Below are positions 1-62,800 of a stretch of DNA of 64,000 bases, in pieces; within the stretch, counting starts at the first letter, position 1, and the number at the start of each line of letters is the position of its first letter. Made by a program: the position numbers and the translations under genes. Below the pieces are notes generated by a model. The model searched no databases and had not been told where the DNA came from. It saw nothing but the letters and a program-made list of their open reading frames with translations. Origin of the DNA: Chrysomallon squamiferum. Its lineage: Eukaryota; Animalia; Mollusca. The DNA is taken from contig CM022670.1 in assembly GCA_012295275.1 (NCBI GenBank), positions 30,070,001 to 30,134,000 of the forward strand, read 5' to 3'.

Positions 1-1249
1 TTTAGCCATAGAGACTAATTCAACATAAGAAATACTAGAGTACTGACAGGTGATGGATTTTTTTTTTTTTTTTTTTTTTAATTTTCTGTTTTTGGAAGGA
101 TGAATTTTATAAAAGAAAAATGAATCTAAATTAGAAAGAATATTGTTATTTAATAATCCGCTGTAACATCAGTTAGGTTTCTTTTCCATCATTCCAAGTA
201 TACACAATACAATTGCTGGCGGAATTTTTTTCGTGAAAAGTTTTAGAAGTAGTTTGGAAAAGACAATTAGTTTTGTTAAAAATTACAGACCAGCGGTCTT
301 AAGATAATTTTTAATAAAAAAAAAAATCCAAATAAAATAAAATAAAATAAATAACTACAAACAGATAATATATATATGTAATATAAAAAGAAAGATAAAA
401 AAAAAAGGTAGAAGAATCCTAAAATGCTCAAAACATAATCAGCCCAAATAGTTTGCATTATTACTTTAAGCAGCTGTCGTTTCCTTTCTTAATGAAATTT
501 TGCCAGCAAGCAGTTGGCTGACATAATAAACTAATCATCGTTATGGAACAATAATTCGTCTTGAAAACTGCAGCTGTGCTGAGGCGATATTCACAGATGC
601 ATAAGGTTTTGTAATCAGCAAATAAAAACAAAAATAAAGTCACGCATTATTTACTGCAGCTAACAAGACGTCAGTAACAATAATACTTCAAATACCATTA
701 TGACGTCATAAAAACACTACTGATGGTGTTTGCTGTACTGCCTTATTTATATCGATATATTTTTAAAATTATTTTTCTTAAATAGATTCTTTATTTATTT
801 TTGGCTGATGGAAATGAAAAAGAACGATGACGAAGACAATAACAACAAGTATTATTATTATTATTATCATCATCATCATTTACAACAAAATAATAGCAGT
901 TAACAAAGAAAATACATTAAATCAAAGATTATACTAATCAAATCCATTGTAAAATATTTGTATAACTTACAATCATCAGTTTTATGAATAAATGTTTACG
1001 TACGCAGAGAAGGTTCATTGTTGCAAGCTTTTTCTACTTGAAATATATCATTATTAAATGTTTATTTGCGCTGGTGTCATTTCCCGTTGACATTCGTTTC
1101 TCCTTACCTTTTACATAATAGTTTATTGATTATCAGAATATGGAATAAAAGGGTTGCGTGCCTTCTACAGAAATTAGTTATTCAAAATCTGTACCACAGT
1201 AAAGAAAACATTATTCAAAGTTAACAGACACTTTTATTATCTCTTAAAC

Positions 1250-1349
1250 TATCTACTTTATTTGTTGGATTGTTTTGTGTCTCCGTTTATATATATATAT
1301 ATATATATATAAACGGAGACACAAAACAATCCAACAAATAAAGTAGATA
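1250..1349. repeat. Perfect 100-bp palindrome centred on (AT)11
   Basis: tatctactttatttgttggattgttttgtgtctccgttt (1250-1288) is the exact reverse complement of 1311-1349, and the centre is self-complementary. Confidence 0.95.
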
Positions 1350-4300
1350 TCTGCATATATATATATATTTGCTTGTATTTGTTTTATAGCTTAATATTGG
1401 ATATATATATATATATATCGGCAAAACTGGCAGAGAGAGAAAGAGAGAGATAGAAAGAGAAAGAAAGAAAGAAAGATAGACAGACAGACGGATATAATTT
1501 CATGACATAAATCTTTTCATCTCCATTTTTCCTTCAGACAGGTTTTCATGAAAATGGCACCACCATTATTATTTCATTATAAAAAATAGCAAAAGACATA
1601 TATTGTCAAATGTATATATTATTTTAATTGTGTCTGCCATGTGATATAATCTATGTCTATATAGTGATGACAACTTTCTGGTTCATTTCAGTTATTTATC
1701 TGTGTTATCTCGAAATGCGAGAGAATTGTAGACAAATCTGTTGACGTCGATAACCCCTACACTTAATCAGGCCCTGTCCAGACTTCATTACAAGCGGCGA
1801 CCAAATTCAGTAAAGCATCAAGTTTTGCAGCTTACCAATCCCATTTTTCGTCGAGCTTGCTGCTTTAGTAATCCAATCAACTCCAACGACGTTTCGCAGT
1901 CTTATGACCTCATAATCGTTGTCTTCGTGAGTGTCATGACTGATAGTTGCGCTGACTTAATCAGTTAAGAAGATATCACGTAAATATAATAAGTTTGTGG
2001 GTTTTTTTCTCATTTGCTACTCTTGCTACTTCAACTTTGTACGAGCAGTCACTAAAATCTTTCTTTTTTTTTTTTTTTTTTTTTTTTTTGTATCTGTATT
2101 TACCATATATTCTTTCACTGTTAGAATGCTGAGGCATTTCTTTATTGCACTTTGTTTTTCTTGTCCATCGAGAGTTTTCGCCGTTATCACGAAAGAGGTT
2201 AACCTGTTCTTTCTCTTCATCTATCTTTTCCCTGTTGGTCGATATTAATCTGTTCCCTTATCAATTGCTATGTAGTCGAAACACTTGCAAATCACATCTA
2301 CACTTCGCCTTCGTCTCTGACCCTTTCCATGTATTTAATAAGAAAGGAGTCAATACCACTTAGTTAAATCGCAACCATAACACGGCCTGTCTACAGACTC
2401 CTTTCAGAAAAATAATAGGATCATTTGGGGTTGTACTTTTGGAAAATTAGGAGGCGCGATCTGGTGTCTCTCTGCCCGAGGCAGTTTTAAAGGGAGACAA
2501 TTTGCCTGAAAAGGAGTCTTCTGTACTTAGTGCTAATGATCTATTAGTATAATGGGATCATTTCGTAATTCAGTGTTTGAAAGTTTAAGAGACACTACAT
2601 TTGTTCAATAATACATATAAAGAGAGTCCACTAAGATGTGATTATCATGGTATTAATGTTTTGTTGCGAGTTATAAAGATTATTCTTACATGTAGTAAGT
2701 AATTTTACGAATGCTGGTTTATCACATATTCGTACATACAGACACACAGAGATATATTATATATGTGTGTGTATATATACACACACACACACACACACAT
2801 AATATATACACACAAATAATGCCATACATATATACATTAACACATATATTCTGATACATATATATATATAAACACATTATTACACATTCACATAAATATT
2901 ATTTTTGTCCAAGATAACTTAATAAGGGGGAACATTTAATAGTTTATATACTATGTGCGAAGTATAATTTCGAAATCAAATAATTTCTGAGGTCATTGCG
3001 TTAAGCTGTATTTAGAACGAACTTATTTTTACAATGTCTAGATTGTTCAGTGAATGCTAGCTTTTTTGGTTGGTTGGATGTATGGATAGATGATTGGTTG
3101 GCTGAATGTTTGGTTGGTTAGTTTTTTAGTTAATATTCATTGTGCCCGTTGATTATCCACCTCTTTCGTATAAACGTTGTTGTTGCTGGGTTTTTTCATA
3201 AATATTTCATTTTGTAAAATTTTATTAACATTTATTTTTCAACTGTGGAAAAGGAAGAACAAATCAGCAGCATGAATTTTGTGATGATTACCTGTATAAT
3301 TTTGAATTATAAATTTCTTTACTTCGTTATCATAAGAAATAAAATTATAAATGGTAAAATGATTCATTATTGCTGTTGATTTATGTATTCTTTTTAATAT
3401 AAAAAATAGTAGTATTATTTCTTTATAATATTTTGAAGTTATATGTTTTTATAATAATTATGCTGTAACTTGAATATCAGGTTTGTTGCTAGCTTTAATA
3501 TTAGATTTCTTTAAATGTCAAATTACTCGGTTATTTTGTTTTTTTTTAAATTCCATTTTATTATAATCTTTTCAAATAGTATCCGTCATTATGGAATTAT
3601 AAATGTTTTTTATTATATAATTTATTTTAACCTTTCTTTTTACTTATTACTTTTATTTATATTTACTTATTTATTTATTTATTTTTTATTATTATTTTTT
3701 TTATTATTAATTTTATTATTATTATATTTTTGGTTTGTTTGTTTATTTCTAAACTGGACTTGTCTGAAAGTTAACTGAACGCTATTACTAAATTTACCTT
3801 TGATAAAATAAAAGTAAAGATCACGAATGACACCGAATGTAAACGGTTAAAACGTGAAGCCAGTATTTAATACATTAACCGTTATTCTGTTTTACTCTTT
3901 TCGATTTCTTTGTTCTGGTATTACACATTTTTTTCCCAGTATATTTTCGGAATTCAGCCACTCTGGGAAAAGCTAAACCAATATTGGATACTTCGATCGA
4001 ACGTAATAAAAATCAATAATCAGATATTGCTCATGCGTCTCAGCCTTCCCTACTGCTGAGAAATATAATTCCGGCAGACTCATAAACAATATATAGTTAA
4101 AATACTAAACATTTCTTACCTACCTCAATCTTTCGTTCTATCACGCTTCATTCATTTATTTTCATTCGAATATTCGTTATTTTATTAATTTTTTATTCCA
4201 AACTTCTTATTTGAATTCATTCATTTTTATTTCATTCAGTACTTCTTCCTGTTTATCTTTCTTTTATTCAGTTTTATTTTATAATTAAAGTGTACCGCTC

Positions 4301-4970
4301 TATGCGCGAAATAAAATATTATTACTGTTTCTCTAAGAAGAAAATGCCTTTTTACAAAAATAAATCCAACATTTTCTAATACATTCTTTCTAACAGCATT
4401 GCTGTCACCATTGCTCATTTTACTTTATGTTTCAGTGGAAACGCCGCCTTCATTTCATGCCAGCATCTATATTCTTATCTAACTACCTACATATCCGTCC
4501 ATCTATCCATCTATATATATATCTATTTGTTTATCTATCTATAATTATATATCCATCTCTATTTATGTGTGTGTGTGTGTGTGTGTGTGTGTACCATACA
4601 CACACACACACACACACAGACACACATATATGCGTACATAATTTTAGCAGTTGGACATCGCTATTAGGTTATTTAAAGTAAATTAACACTTCCTCATATT
4701 TAATACAATCTAAGCTTATGGAACATAATTATCTTTGCCTGTCTGAAAGCTTATACTGCCAGTATTGATTGTATGGTTTTTTTATTTAATTTTCTCTTTT
4801 AAATTAAGATCCCAGACAAGTGTTACCATGTTTACCAGTTCAGTTATATTTTACTGAGATTTTTACTTTTTGACAAAGTCTCAGTTTTAAATGCTTGTGA
4901 ATTTTCTTTTGCTTCTTCTTCTTCTAATCATCATCATAATCAATATTTATTTATTTATTACTAGCATTGC

Positions 4971-5012
<42 letters not shown>

Positions 5013-5060
5013 GTAAAGTATCTCAATGGATTTTTATTACTGTTTTTAATTTCTTTGCAG

Positions 5061-5156
5061 TCTGTTGCTAGTAGATAATATCACCAGTGCTGTTCAAAGA
5101 TAAAACCAATGAAGATTCTCTAAACAGAATTTAGAGAAGTGTGTATCTTTGAGAAG
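5061..5156 (+). other. Candidate non-coding 5' UTR exon (96 nt)
   Basis: tttttaatttctttgcag| acceptor and gagaag|gtaaat donor, upstream of the coding exon whose 5' side has an acceptor at 9659. Confidence 0.45.
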
Positions 5157-8100
5157 GTAAATAAATTGAAGGCGTATCTTGTAGATTTGTTTCACTATAT
5201 TTAATTGTTGTACAAGACTTCGGTAATAAATCAGCAGTTGCTTTATTTAATAAACACAACAGACTACAGTAATTTGTACTTAGTAAGTTTAGAATTCAAT
5301 AAAACCTCCACGCTGCTGGCCACAGTTTATCAGAGAAAACAGATGAATTTAATGTACTGTATTTGTTGTTGGAAGACAATTTTCTTTAGCAAAACTGTTC
5401 TTTTTAACATACATATCTGTTATTGTAAACATATAGATATCTGTGAAGACTGCTTTATTTAAGACTCTGTTCTGCCAGCAATTGTGAAATATCATTCGAT
5501 AAATTTGCAACATTAAATCACATGTATTGATTGATATTCTGCTGGAAATACACAGAATGAACGCTATTTTCTACATTAAGGCAATGCAGTGCAAGGCTGC
5601 TGATTAAACTATACATTAAGACGATATTCCACATCAAAGTGGTGTTCTGCAAGATTTTTCTCGTGAATCGAAATATTAATGGTGTTTTACACAGTAAGGC
5701 GTGTAGGTCTTTGCCGCTTAACGACAAACAACGAGCCAGTCATTGTTTAAATTGTGTATAAACAGACTTGAATTCAGTTGACAGTGCTGTCACCCTTTAC
5801 ATTAACGAGATAGTTATTTGATTTTTAAAGAAAAACTAAATATTTTCAAGGGTACAGTTGACGTGACTAATTTCATTCGCGGTGTGACAAGCATTATTTC
5901 AACCTTAGAATTTTCTAAGAAAGGAAAAAAGAAATAACAACAAGCCATTCATTAAATGGGTTTTTTGACGACATACTCATTTTGTGAGCATCCTTGTGGA
6001 ACTGACGAACACCAAGAGGGAAACCAAATTACATTCTTTGCTCAGCAACAAGTAATTTATTAAAAAGCAGATTTAATCTGAAGAGACTGATCTAATTGAG
6101 GGATGTTCCGTGGAATAACAGTTTTATCGTCGACAATCTGACAAAGTTCTGCCAAGTACGAGTATCGCTCGGTCTGACAACTACAGCGAGGCTCAATTAA
6201 TACTGACTGCTCGCTATTGACTGCAGGCAGATTCCTACACTGTTTCCTAGGAAACGATTCAAAAATGTTCAGTAATTTTCAGATAATTCCTCTGAATATT
6301 ACCCTAAAGGTGTATCCTTTAAAATGGGATGTTATTCGGAATCAGACTTCTTAAAAGCGTGGTGAAAACGCGTGCTCCTCTGAAAAGACTGAAACAAATG
6401 TGTTGTTTTTTTTGAATGGAGAATTAAAGAATCGTTTTACGCTGCGGGTCTTTTTCTTCAATGGAGGCAGGCATTTTCTTGTATTTGCTTGACAGTGGGA
6501 TGAGCTTGAATTCCGAATCGCACATTATGTTAGATTATCAAATTTGATTGGAGCTCTACCGTTGTACATGAACGGGTCGACCAGTCTGCACTGTGGGTCA
6601 GTCTCTGAACAAGAACGGACAGCACAGAATATTGTTACAGGATTTTACGTGGTACGCGATTTATTACATCAGACAAATAAAGACGTTTACAGAGTCTTCA
6701 GAAAGATTTAATAAATCAGAATTAAAAAAAAAAAAAAAATAAAATAAAATAAAATAAAATAAATAAAAAAGAAAGAAGGAAAAAGAAAAGAAAAACAAAA
6801 CAATACGAATGAAAACCAATTAATAAATAAAACTTCCCGCAGATAGTGATCAGACTTTTCAGATCTTTAGATTTTAATTTTCGTTTGATTTTTCTTTCTC
6901 GGATTCTCGAACAAAACTGCTAAAAGGAACACTGGATGAAATATTTAACGTCTGTGTTAAACTGATCCCAATAGCAAACACGACTTGTGCTCAGCATAGC
7001 AACCAATTAACAAACTCCTGTGTGTGTTGTACAGTTAGGCACAAGGAGTCAGGATACTTAACAGCGACGTTTCGCATTGCGTGCACAAACAGTTCAGAGA
7101 TTCCTTACTACAAAAATTTATTCAACGATTTATGGAAACTGTCTGTGCGAGTCGCTTCTCCCTCCTTATTGAACTTACCAGTTAAAACTGTTCACGAAGT
7201 ACATATACTAAAATTGGGACCAATTAAAACTGTTGTTGTTGTTGTTTTGTTGATTGCGTTTGCAACCACACCCTAGTCATTATGTATTTTGAATTATTAT
7301 ACGTTTTGATTATTGACTGTTTTATAATATAAAAAATTATTATTATTATTATTATTATTATTATTTTTTTTTTTTTTTTTTTTTTTAAATGCTGAAATCA
7401 TGTAATATATTCTTTTAAAATTTTTATTACAGATAAAAAAAAAGAGCACCTTGAAGTATTCAATGAGTTATTGCAGTTTTTGACTTTGTAAATGTACTGG
7501 CAGTGCCACAGTTTTGGTGTCGCAAAGTGGAATTACAATCTGTTAACTTCATTTTAGACATGGTTAATACTGCTTATTAACTGCTGCTTAATGACTGGTT
7601 GTCAACGTAGCCACTGATATATCAGACGGAACCTTCTGCTGTTCTGCAGCACGAACTCTACAAGACACGAGTTGACGAATAGCGAGAGAACGAGGCTGGC
7701 AGTTTGGTCTGACACCAAATCTCTGGAGATGAAGAAAACGGCTAAATCTGCAATAACCAAGTTCTAATTGACGCTGGTTCGACCTACAGATTGAATTGTC
7801 CAAATGTGATTCGGGGAAATGTTTTTTAGGTGATGTTAGTTTTTTTTTGAAATTCCTATTTCGATACGAACTAAAATATCGCTTTTCGCAAATTACTTGA
7901 TTCAGCTACAAATATCGACCATTTCTCTATGGCGACTTGTTAAAGCCGGAAAGGAAAGATAGATTCAGATGTTTACTAATTGGATACGTTTGGACTGCTT
8001 GTTATTCCATTGGTATTAAATAGTTATTGCACTGCAACAACCTGACAGCCGACTCTGAACAATACTTTTTTTTTTCTCATTTAAAAATCTTTAACTGTAC

Positions 8101-8959
8101 ATCTGTAAATAATATACACATATGTGTTTGACTTTCTGTCACAAATGTAATGATTTTTTAATGAAAATATTTCGTGTAAGTAATGTTGGTCTTTTCGAAC
8201 AGTAGTTGTTGTTTTGATGTTGACTGCAGGACAGATCTGATGAATTGATTTTGTATCTAATCGATACCTTCTTTTTTTTCATTTTATACTATGAACGTAA
8301 TTACTAAATGATCATAACAGTTTAAAATATAATCATAGCTGCTGGAAATATTAATAATAAAGAAGGACATATCATAACATTAACAACAATTCCTGTGATG
8401 CCGACCGTAATAATAAAAAATTAAATTTAAAAAAACAGCAGTAAGAATAGAATATATAAAACACCAATAATAATTTTAAAAATTCTTCTCTTTGTCTGTG
8501 TCTACATTCATAACAAACGAAAATGCCGGATTATGCGGCTGTAGAATATTGCTGGAAATTCTATTTTTAAAAAGACCCATCCACTACTATTTCTTCACTA
8601 AATATCAATTTTTTGGGGGGTTACATCCGGAATAGATATTCCACTGAAACCGTTTTCATTTATTTTTATTTTAGCCTATTTAGTAAGGATTTCTTTTTTT
8701 TAAATTCCCTTTGTTTAAGAGGAATCCTCAAAGTCTGAAGTGAATTGGGATGTGTTCTCACGTGAAACAGACTAAATAACAGTGTTGTTCAAAAATGATG
8801 ATCGGGAACTGTTGTGTGTTCTGTTAATTAAAACTGAATTTCTAAAGGAAGGAGAAAAAAGTGGAGAACGAGAAACATTATCTGGGACAATGATCTCGTT
8901 ACAGATAATTAGTGTATGAAGAACATCTTGGGAATTGTACGTATATTCTGTAAAGAAAA

Positions 8960-9450
8960 TGTATTATACTAAACAACAGTGTGACATTGTACTTATCAGA
9001 TGTATAATATTATGTAACTTCATTCTAACCAGCTGTGGAACATTAAAGTTACTGGCACTGTAACATTAAAACTTACCATTTCTGGAAAATTATATTTACC
9101 AAAAGTATAACATAACACATACCAATATTATAACTTTATACTAACCAACCCTGGAACACTATACTAATCATCACTGAATTTGATACTTACCAGTTGTGGA
9201 ATATTATACTTTCCAACTGACGAACATTTTGTTTACCAGTTATTTAACATTCCGTTTGAAATTTGTTTAACATTCTGTTTACCAGCAGCTTAATATTTGT
9301 TTTACCCGTTGTGGCACATTCTGCTTATCAGTATTTTAACATTCTGTTTACCAGTTGTCGAATATTATATTTACCATTTCTGATATATTCTGCTTACCAT
9401 TTTTGGAACATTCTGTGTACAACTGTGGAAAATTATATTAGTCAACTGTG
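8960..9450. repeat. Degenerate ~23-bp minisatellite (consensus about aacattatacttaccagttgtgg)
   Basis: Recurring aacatt..tttaccag units; boundaries approximate. Confidence 0.7.
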
Positions 9451-9867
9451 AACGCGGTGTTAATTCTGCATCATTCATTTTTGTATTCGAACACGTCTGT
9501 TTAAGAATGTGAAACATTTGTGATTATGGAACAATTTACGTAGCAACACATTGGAAACAGAAAAATATACTGTTCATTTCAAAAGTTATCCAACAACATT
9601 GATATATATCAGCAATAATAACTGCGTATTTACTTATTACCTTTTTTTTTTTTTTAAAGCCCTCTTATATAATACCTAATACATATCAAAGCAGTCGTTA
9701 AAAAAACAAACATTTGTGGATACGACTGAAATAGTTCCACCAACTTCCCGCGTGTGATTCTAAATAGTGTGTTCGGTTTCATGTTGAAGAACGCGTCTGG
9801 AAAGCTGTCACCAGATCCAGAACCTATGGGATGCGGTAAAGGAAAATGTAGCGCGTTAACATGCACT

Positions 9868-58120
<48,253 letters not shown>

Positions 58121-58635
58121 GGTTCAACATAAAATTAGCTTTGATTGAGAAAAACGAATAGGAAACACACCCAACAGTGTAAAAGGAAAAACAAATAAAG
58201 TCGTGTTCAGGGTGGCGGAATCCAGGATTGAAGTAAATATGAAATTGCTTCAGACACTCCGAAACAAAATTAAAAGACACTATAGATGCTGCAGCTGATG
58301 GTGATTTTATTCATATGTTCTTGTTTATTTATAAACGGAGTCAAATTTGTGAACGAAGTTAAATGCCCAGATTTTCGGAATGCAGACATAATTACAACGT
58401 CCCAGTCTGCTGAGGTTATTTGACATCGGATGAAACGGTGTACTGCAATGAAAACGTGCCAATAATAATAATATTAATGACATGAAAAATAAACTGTTGA
58501 TTGTAAATGTCGAATCGAGAAGTCCAGAACTTCTTTTTCAGTCTGTGTGGAAGTTATTTATTTATTACAATTATGGGGCGTTGTTAAACATTCATTCATT
58601 CATTCGTTCATTATTACAATTATTATTATTATCAA

Positions 58636-58675
<40 letters not shown>

Positions 58676-59815
58676 TGCTAGCATTTATCTTTTTTTTTTT
58701 TTTTTTTTTAAATAAATGTTTATTATTTCTGTTTTATTATTACTATGTTTTTTCCGAGTTTCTAAAAATGCTTCTTCTTATTCTTCTTATTATTATTATT
58801 ACTACTATTTTGTTGTTGTTGTTGTTGTTGTTTTGTTTCACATATCATCATGTTCTTACTGTTGGACAAAACAGAAAGTACCTAAAATATATATTACATT
58901 TATTTATTAAAAAATTTGATTCAACAAAAATATTTTGATATAAAAAATAAGTTTAAAGTTTAAAAAAAAAAAAAAAACAATGAAGAAAGAAAGAAAACAA
59001 AAAAGAAAGTGAAGTCAACAATGGAAAAAAACATTTAACTATCAAATTATATTCAAATATTTATTTATTTACATAACATTTATTTTCTTATTTACAAATA
59101 TTTATTTACTTATTAAAAGAAGATACCTACAATTAAAGATTGCATTTGATTACAAAACTTTATAACTCATTTATTTATTTATTTATTTATCATATTTGTT
59201 TTTATTTATATATTTATAATAATTTATTATTTAGATATATTTATTTGTTTGTATTTTATTTTAAATGCATCAGTTATATTTGTAAATTTCCCTGAGTCTT
59301 GCATCCAGTGTTTGTGTGTGTATTTTGTGTTCTAGGATTTGGTTCCTGTGTATGTGAATGTGTGATGACACTGTCTGGGTTGATTTGAAATAAATGATGT
59401 AGTGCTGTTGTGCTCAGTATTTCAACATTCCTCTTTGAAAATTATACTACTGCCAACATAGGTTTGATGTGATGTTGTGATACTTATATTCAGCCCTCTC
59501 TTCGCACCTATTGCTCAAACATATTCTACACACACACAAACACACACACACATATATATATAGTTTGTATTTATTATGATTGTATATGAAAAATATCTGG
59601 TTTATAATTATTTTTGGTTGTGTTATTTATAAACTGTTTTATTTGTAATTTTGAAAAACAAATTTTATATCTGCTTTAAGAGCAAGGATTAATTTTGTTA
59701 GTTCTTGCTTTTCAGTCATTATCATGTGAGATTGCATTCTAGGAGTTAACTAAAAATCTTAATGGCTTATAGAATATATGATATTCAGTATCAGTATATA
59801 TATATATACATTTAT

Positions 59816-59854
<39 letters not shown>

Positions 59855-62800
59855 CACATCATTTTATATTTCACTTTTTTCATAAATTCATTTCTTTATT
59901 TTAGTATGTATTTTTGTTTTCTTTATTTTCCAATTTTTTTATTTTAAAAGATTTAATACACAGTATTTGCATACAAACTCTATTATCGTTAGTTTAATTT
60001 ACAAGATGATAACTGTTGCTTAAAACCTGTTATACTATATATTTCTTACTGGACAGTAAAAGTATTTTTTTTATTATACGAAACAATACCATGAAATTCA
60101 CACAGTAAATAATTTTTTAATTAAATCAAGTAAGTCAGAATTTATGCCATGTTTGAACTTTATTTAAGTCTTGGTTCATATTATTTATTTATTTATTTAT
60201 TTATTTACTTACTAATTACTTTTTTAGAGCATTAATAAACGAATTAGATATGTTATTCTTCCAAATCATATCTGTTGATTCCATCTTGCCAATATTTTTT
60301 ATTTCAGCAAACTCCAAATAATGTTTATATATTATACTGTTTTTCTTGAAGGTTGTGATAATTATATTTTGTCTAAATTTATATAGTGAAATGAAACTAT
60401 TTTTTATTACGTTATTCAATTAAAAGTAGCAAAAATTTGTTGTGTTATACTGAACGGAAGAAAAAAAAATTTAAATTTGATATTAATAAATAAAATATTC
60501 ACTGAACTATATGGATAATCAGCATAAACATTTTGTTTATTAGTAGCAACCAATCTTTACTAGTAATCAGGTATATAATAAAATTAGATTAATAAACTAA
60601 ACAGAAACTGACAACCAATCTTTGCTAATAATGGAATATAACAATAAAATAAAATTCTGGTCAGGATATTTTCACTTTTATTATGACTCATTTTATTCAC
60701 TGAAATATAATAATAAATTAAAAATGGAAAAAGCCTTTATCTAGTAGTAAACACTGATAACATAAAATGTTAAGCAGTACAATAGAAATATATAAAATGT
60801 ATTTAGAATGTACGTAACAAAGATCTACACTTTAACTATTTAAATAACTGCTATTAAGAAACGCTGTGAAATAATAGACAGCTTTGGATAACTGTTGTTT
60901 CAGGAGGGTTGAAGGGCATAAGTATATAACAAGAAAAAAAATAAAGGATGAAATAATTTTAGATTAGTTAAAATATGTACCACATTGTGGTTGCAGGGAG
61001 CTGGAAATTGTAATAAATAAAAATGTCATTATAATCTTAATATGTGACGTTGATAGTTCAAACAGGTTATCTGAATTATTTTATTTTGTATATGCCCCAC
61101 ATGATTTCTTTCTTTTTCTTTCTTCCAAATTTTTTTTTTTTTTTGATTCTTTAATTCTTTCTTTGTATATCAGTACAGTAACAAGCTCCCTATATTTTAA
61201 TCTTTACATTAGCAGAATCTATAAAGTTACTATTTATATTACTTCTCAAGGCTAGATTCAATTGCTTATTGAAAATATCCTTTTAGTAATCTGTACAGAA
61301 AATATAATGTTGGTCATTTATATATTTATACCAAGACAGGAAGATGTTAACCACTGCAATAATAAATTAAATATTTGTACATAATAAACAAAATATCATT
61401 TTGTTGATATGTTAATGGTTTTTTTACATGTTATTTATGTACCACTGTTATTTGTATGATGTGTAAATAAATATTAAAAGATACCCAAATATTTTTGATG
61501 TATCCAGTAGATCACCAATTGCAGTAAACTGAAAATATGTTACCCACGATCATAATGGTGTGTTTGTGAATATAGTCTATTTTCTATGATCTTCACAAGT
61601 TAATGTTTTCTAGAGACTGGAGATTATTTTTGTTGTTATATTACCAAGCCCTAGACCTCTATTGTCAGTAAATTATATTAAACCTATGATGACTTGTGTG
61701 TTGTGATATTAGTCTTTTAATAAACTATTTGTACCAGCCAGGAAAAAACATGAATCAAAGGGAAGAACGAGGTCAGATGGCACACTCCTCTATCTATCTA
61801 TTAATATCCAGCTATCGATATCTATCTACCTTTCTGTCTATCTACATATTTGTCTATTTTATCTATGTTTCTTTCTATCTAACTATCCAGTCTGTTTTTC
61901 TACGTATCTCTCTGTCTACGTATTTAATGTCTTTTTGTAGCTGTTTTTCTATTTATTTAATTAGTTTTTTGCTGTTGTCGTTTTTTTTGTTTTGTATGTG
62001 TGGTTTTTTTGGGGGGGTTGTAACCTATGAAAAAGTTCTGCCCAACCTTTGTAACATATGTGAATTTTCTTTATAACCAAACACATTTCGTATTGGAATT
62101 CCTGTTCTTCACCTTTGGATAATAACAGTTTAATAAAGGTTAAATTTTGAATTGTAAATGATACTATAAACACTGTTATATTAACAGGTTGAAATATATA
62201 ATTTAATAGTGATAAATTCCGGAACAGAAAATATACTGCTTCTGCTCATTTGATTTTCTAATAACTATACATTTGTCTATGCACTGCTTAGAATGAAAGA
62301 TAATGTTCATATCAGCTTATAAACAGTCTACTTTGTAAAGACTAAGAAATTAAGAAACACACCTGATCATACAAGGTTAATACACATTTCACAATAGACC
62401 AAATTTTAGTAAATAAACACCAAACAAAATTTTTCTTATTTCATATTACAGTTTTATTTGGCAAATGAAATGACTGAAATGTATCTTGACAAGAGATAAT
62501 TCATTTCTTATTACCAACAAAAGAACACATTTAATGAGTGCTGTATTAGTGATCACAAAACATTCATCACAAAATAATTATCATTTCATGGGTCAGATAC
62601 CCACTTTAATCTGCTTGGAGATAATGAGAAAAGATAGTAATTAAGAATTTAAAATTTTTAAAATAAGAAAATTAGGTTTTGTTCTGATTACCAGTTTACA
62701 GAATACATATTTATATCATTTATATAAACAATAATTATAATAATAATAATAAATAAATAAGTAAATAAATGAAATGTTTGTACTAAAATGTTTGCAATTA

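Noticed and set aside
1250-1349. miRNA precursor or MITE interpretation of the palindrome
   Set aside because: It is a perfect stem with a microsatellite centre, no bulges, no visible TSD and no second copy in the window; a foldback duplication is simpler.
58286-58423. Alternative terminal exon tatag|ATGCTGCAGCTG... (MLQLMVILF...)
   Set aside because: The acceptor is purine-rich with no pyrimidine tract; the 58097 acceptor is much stronger and comes first.
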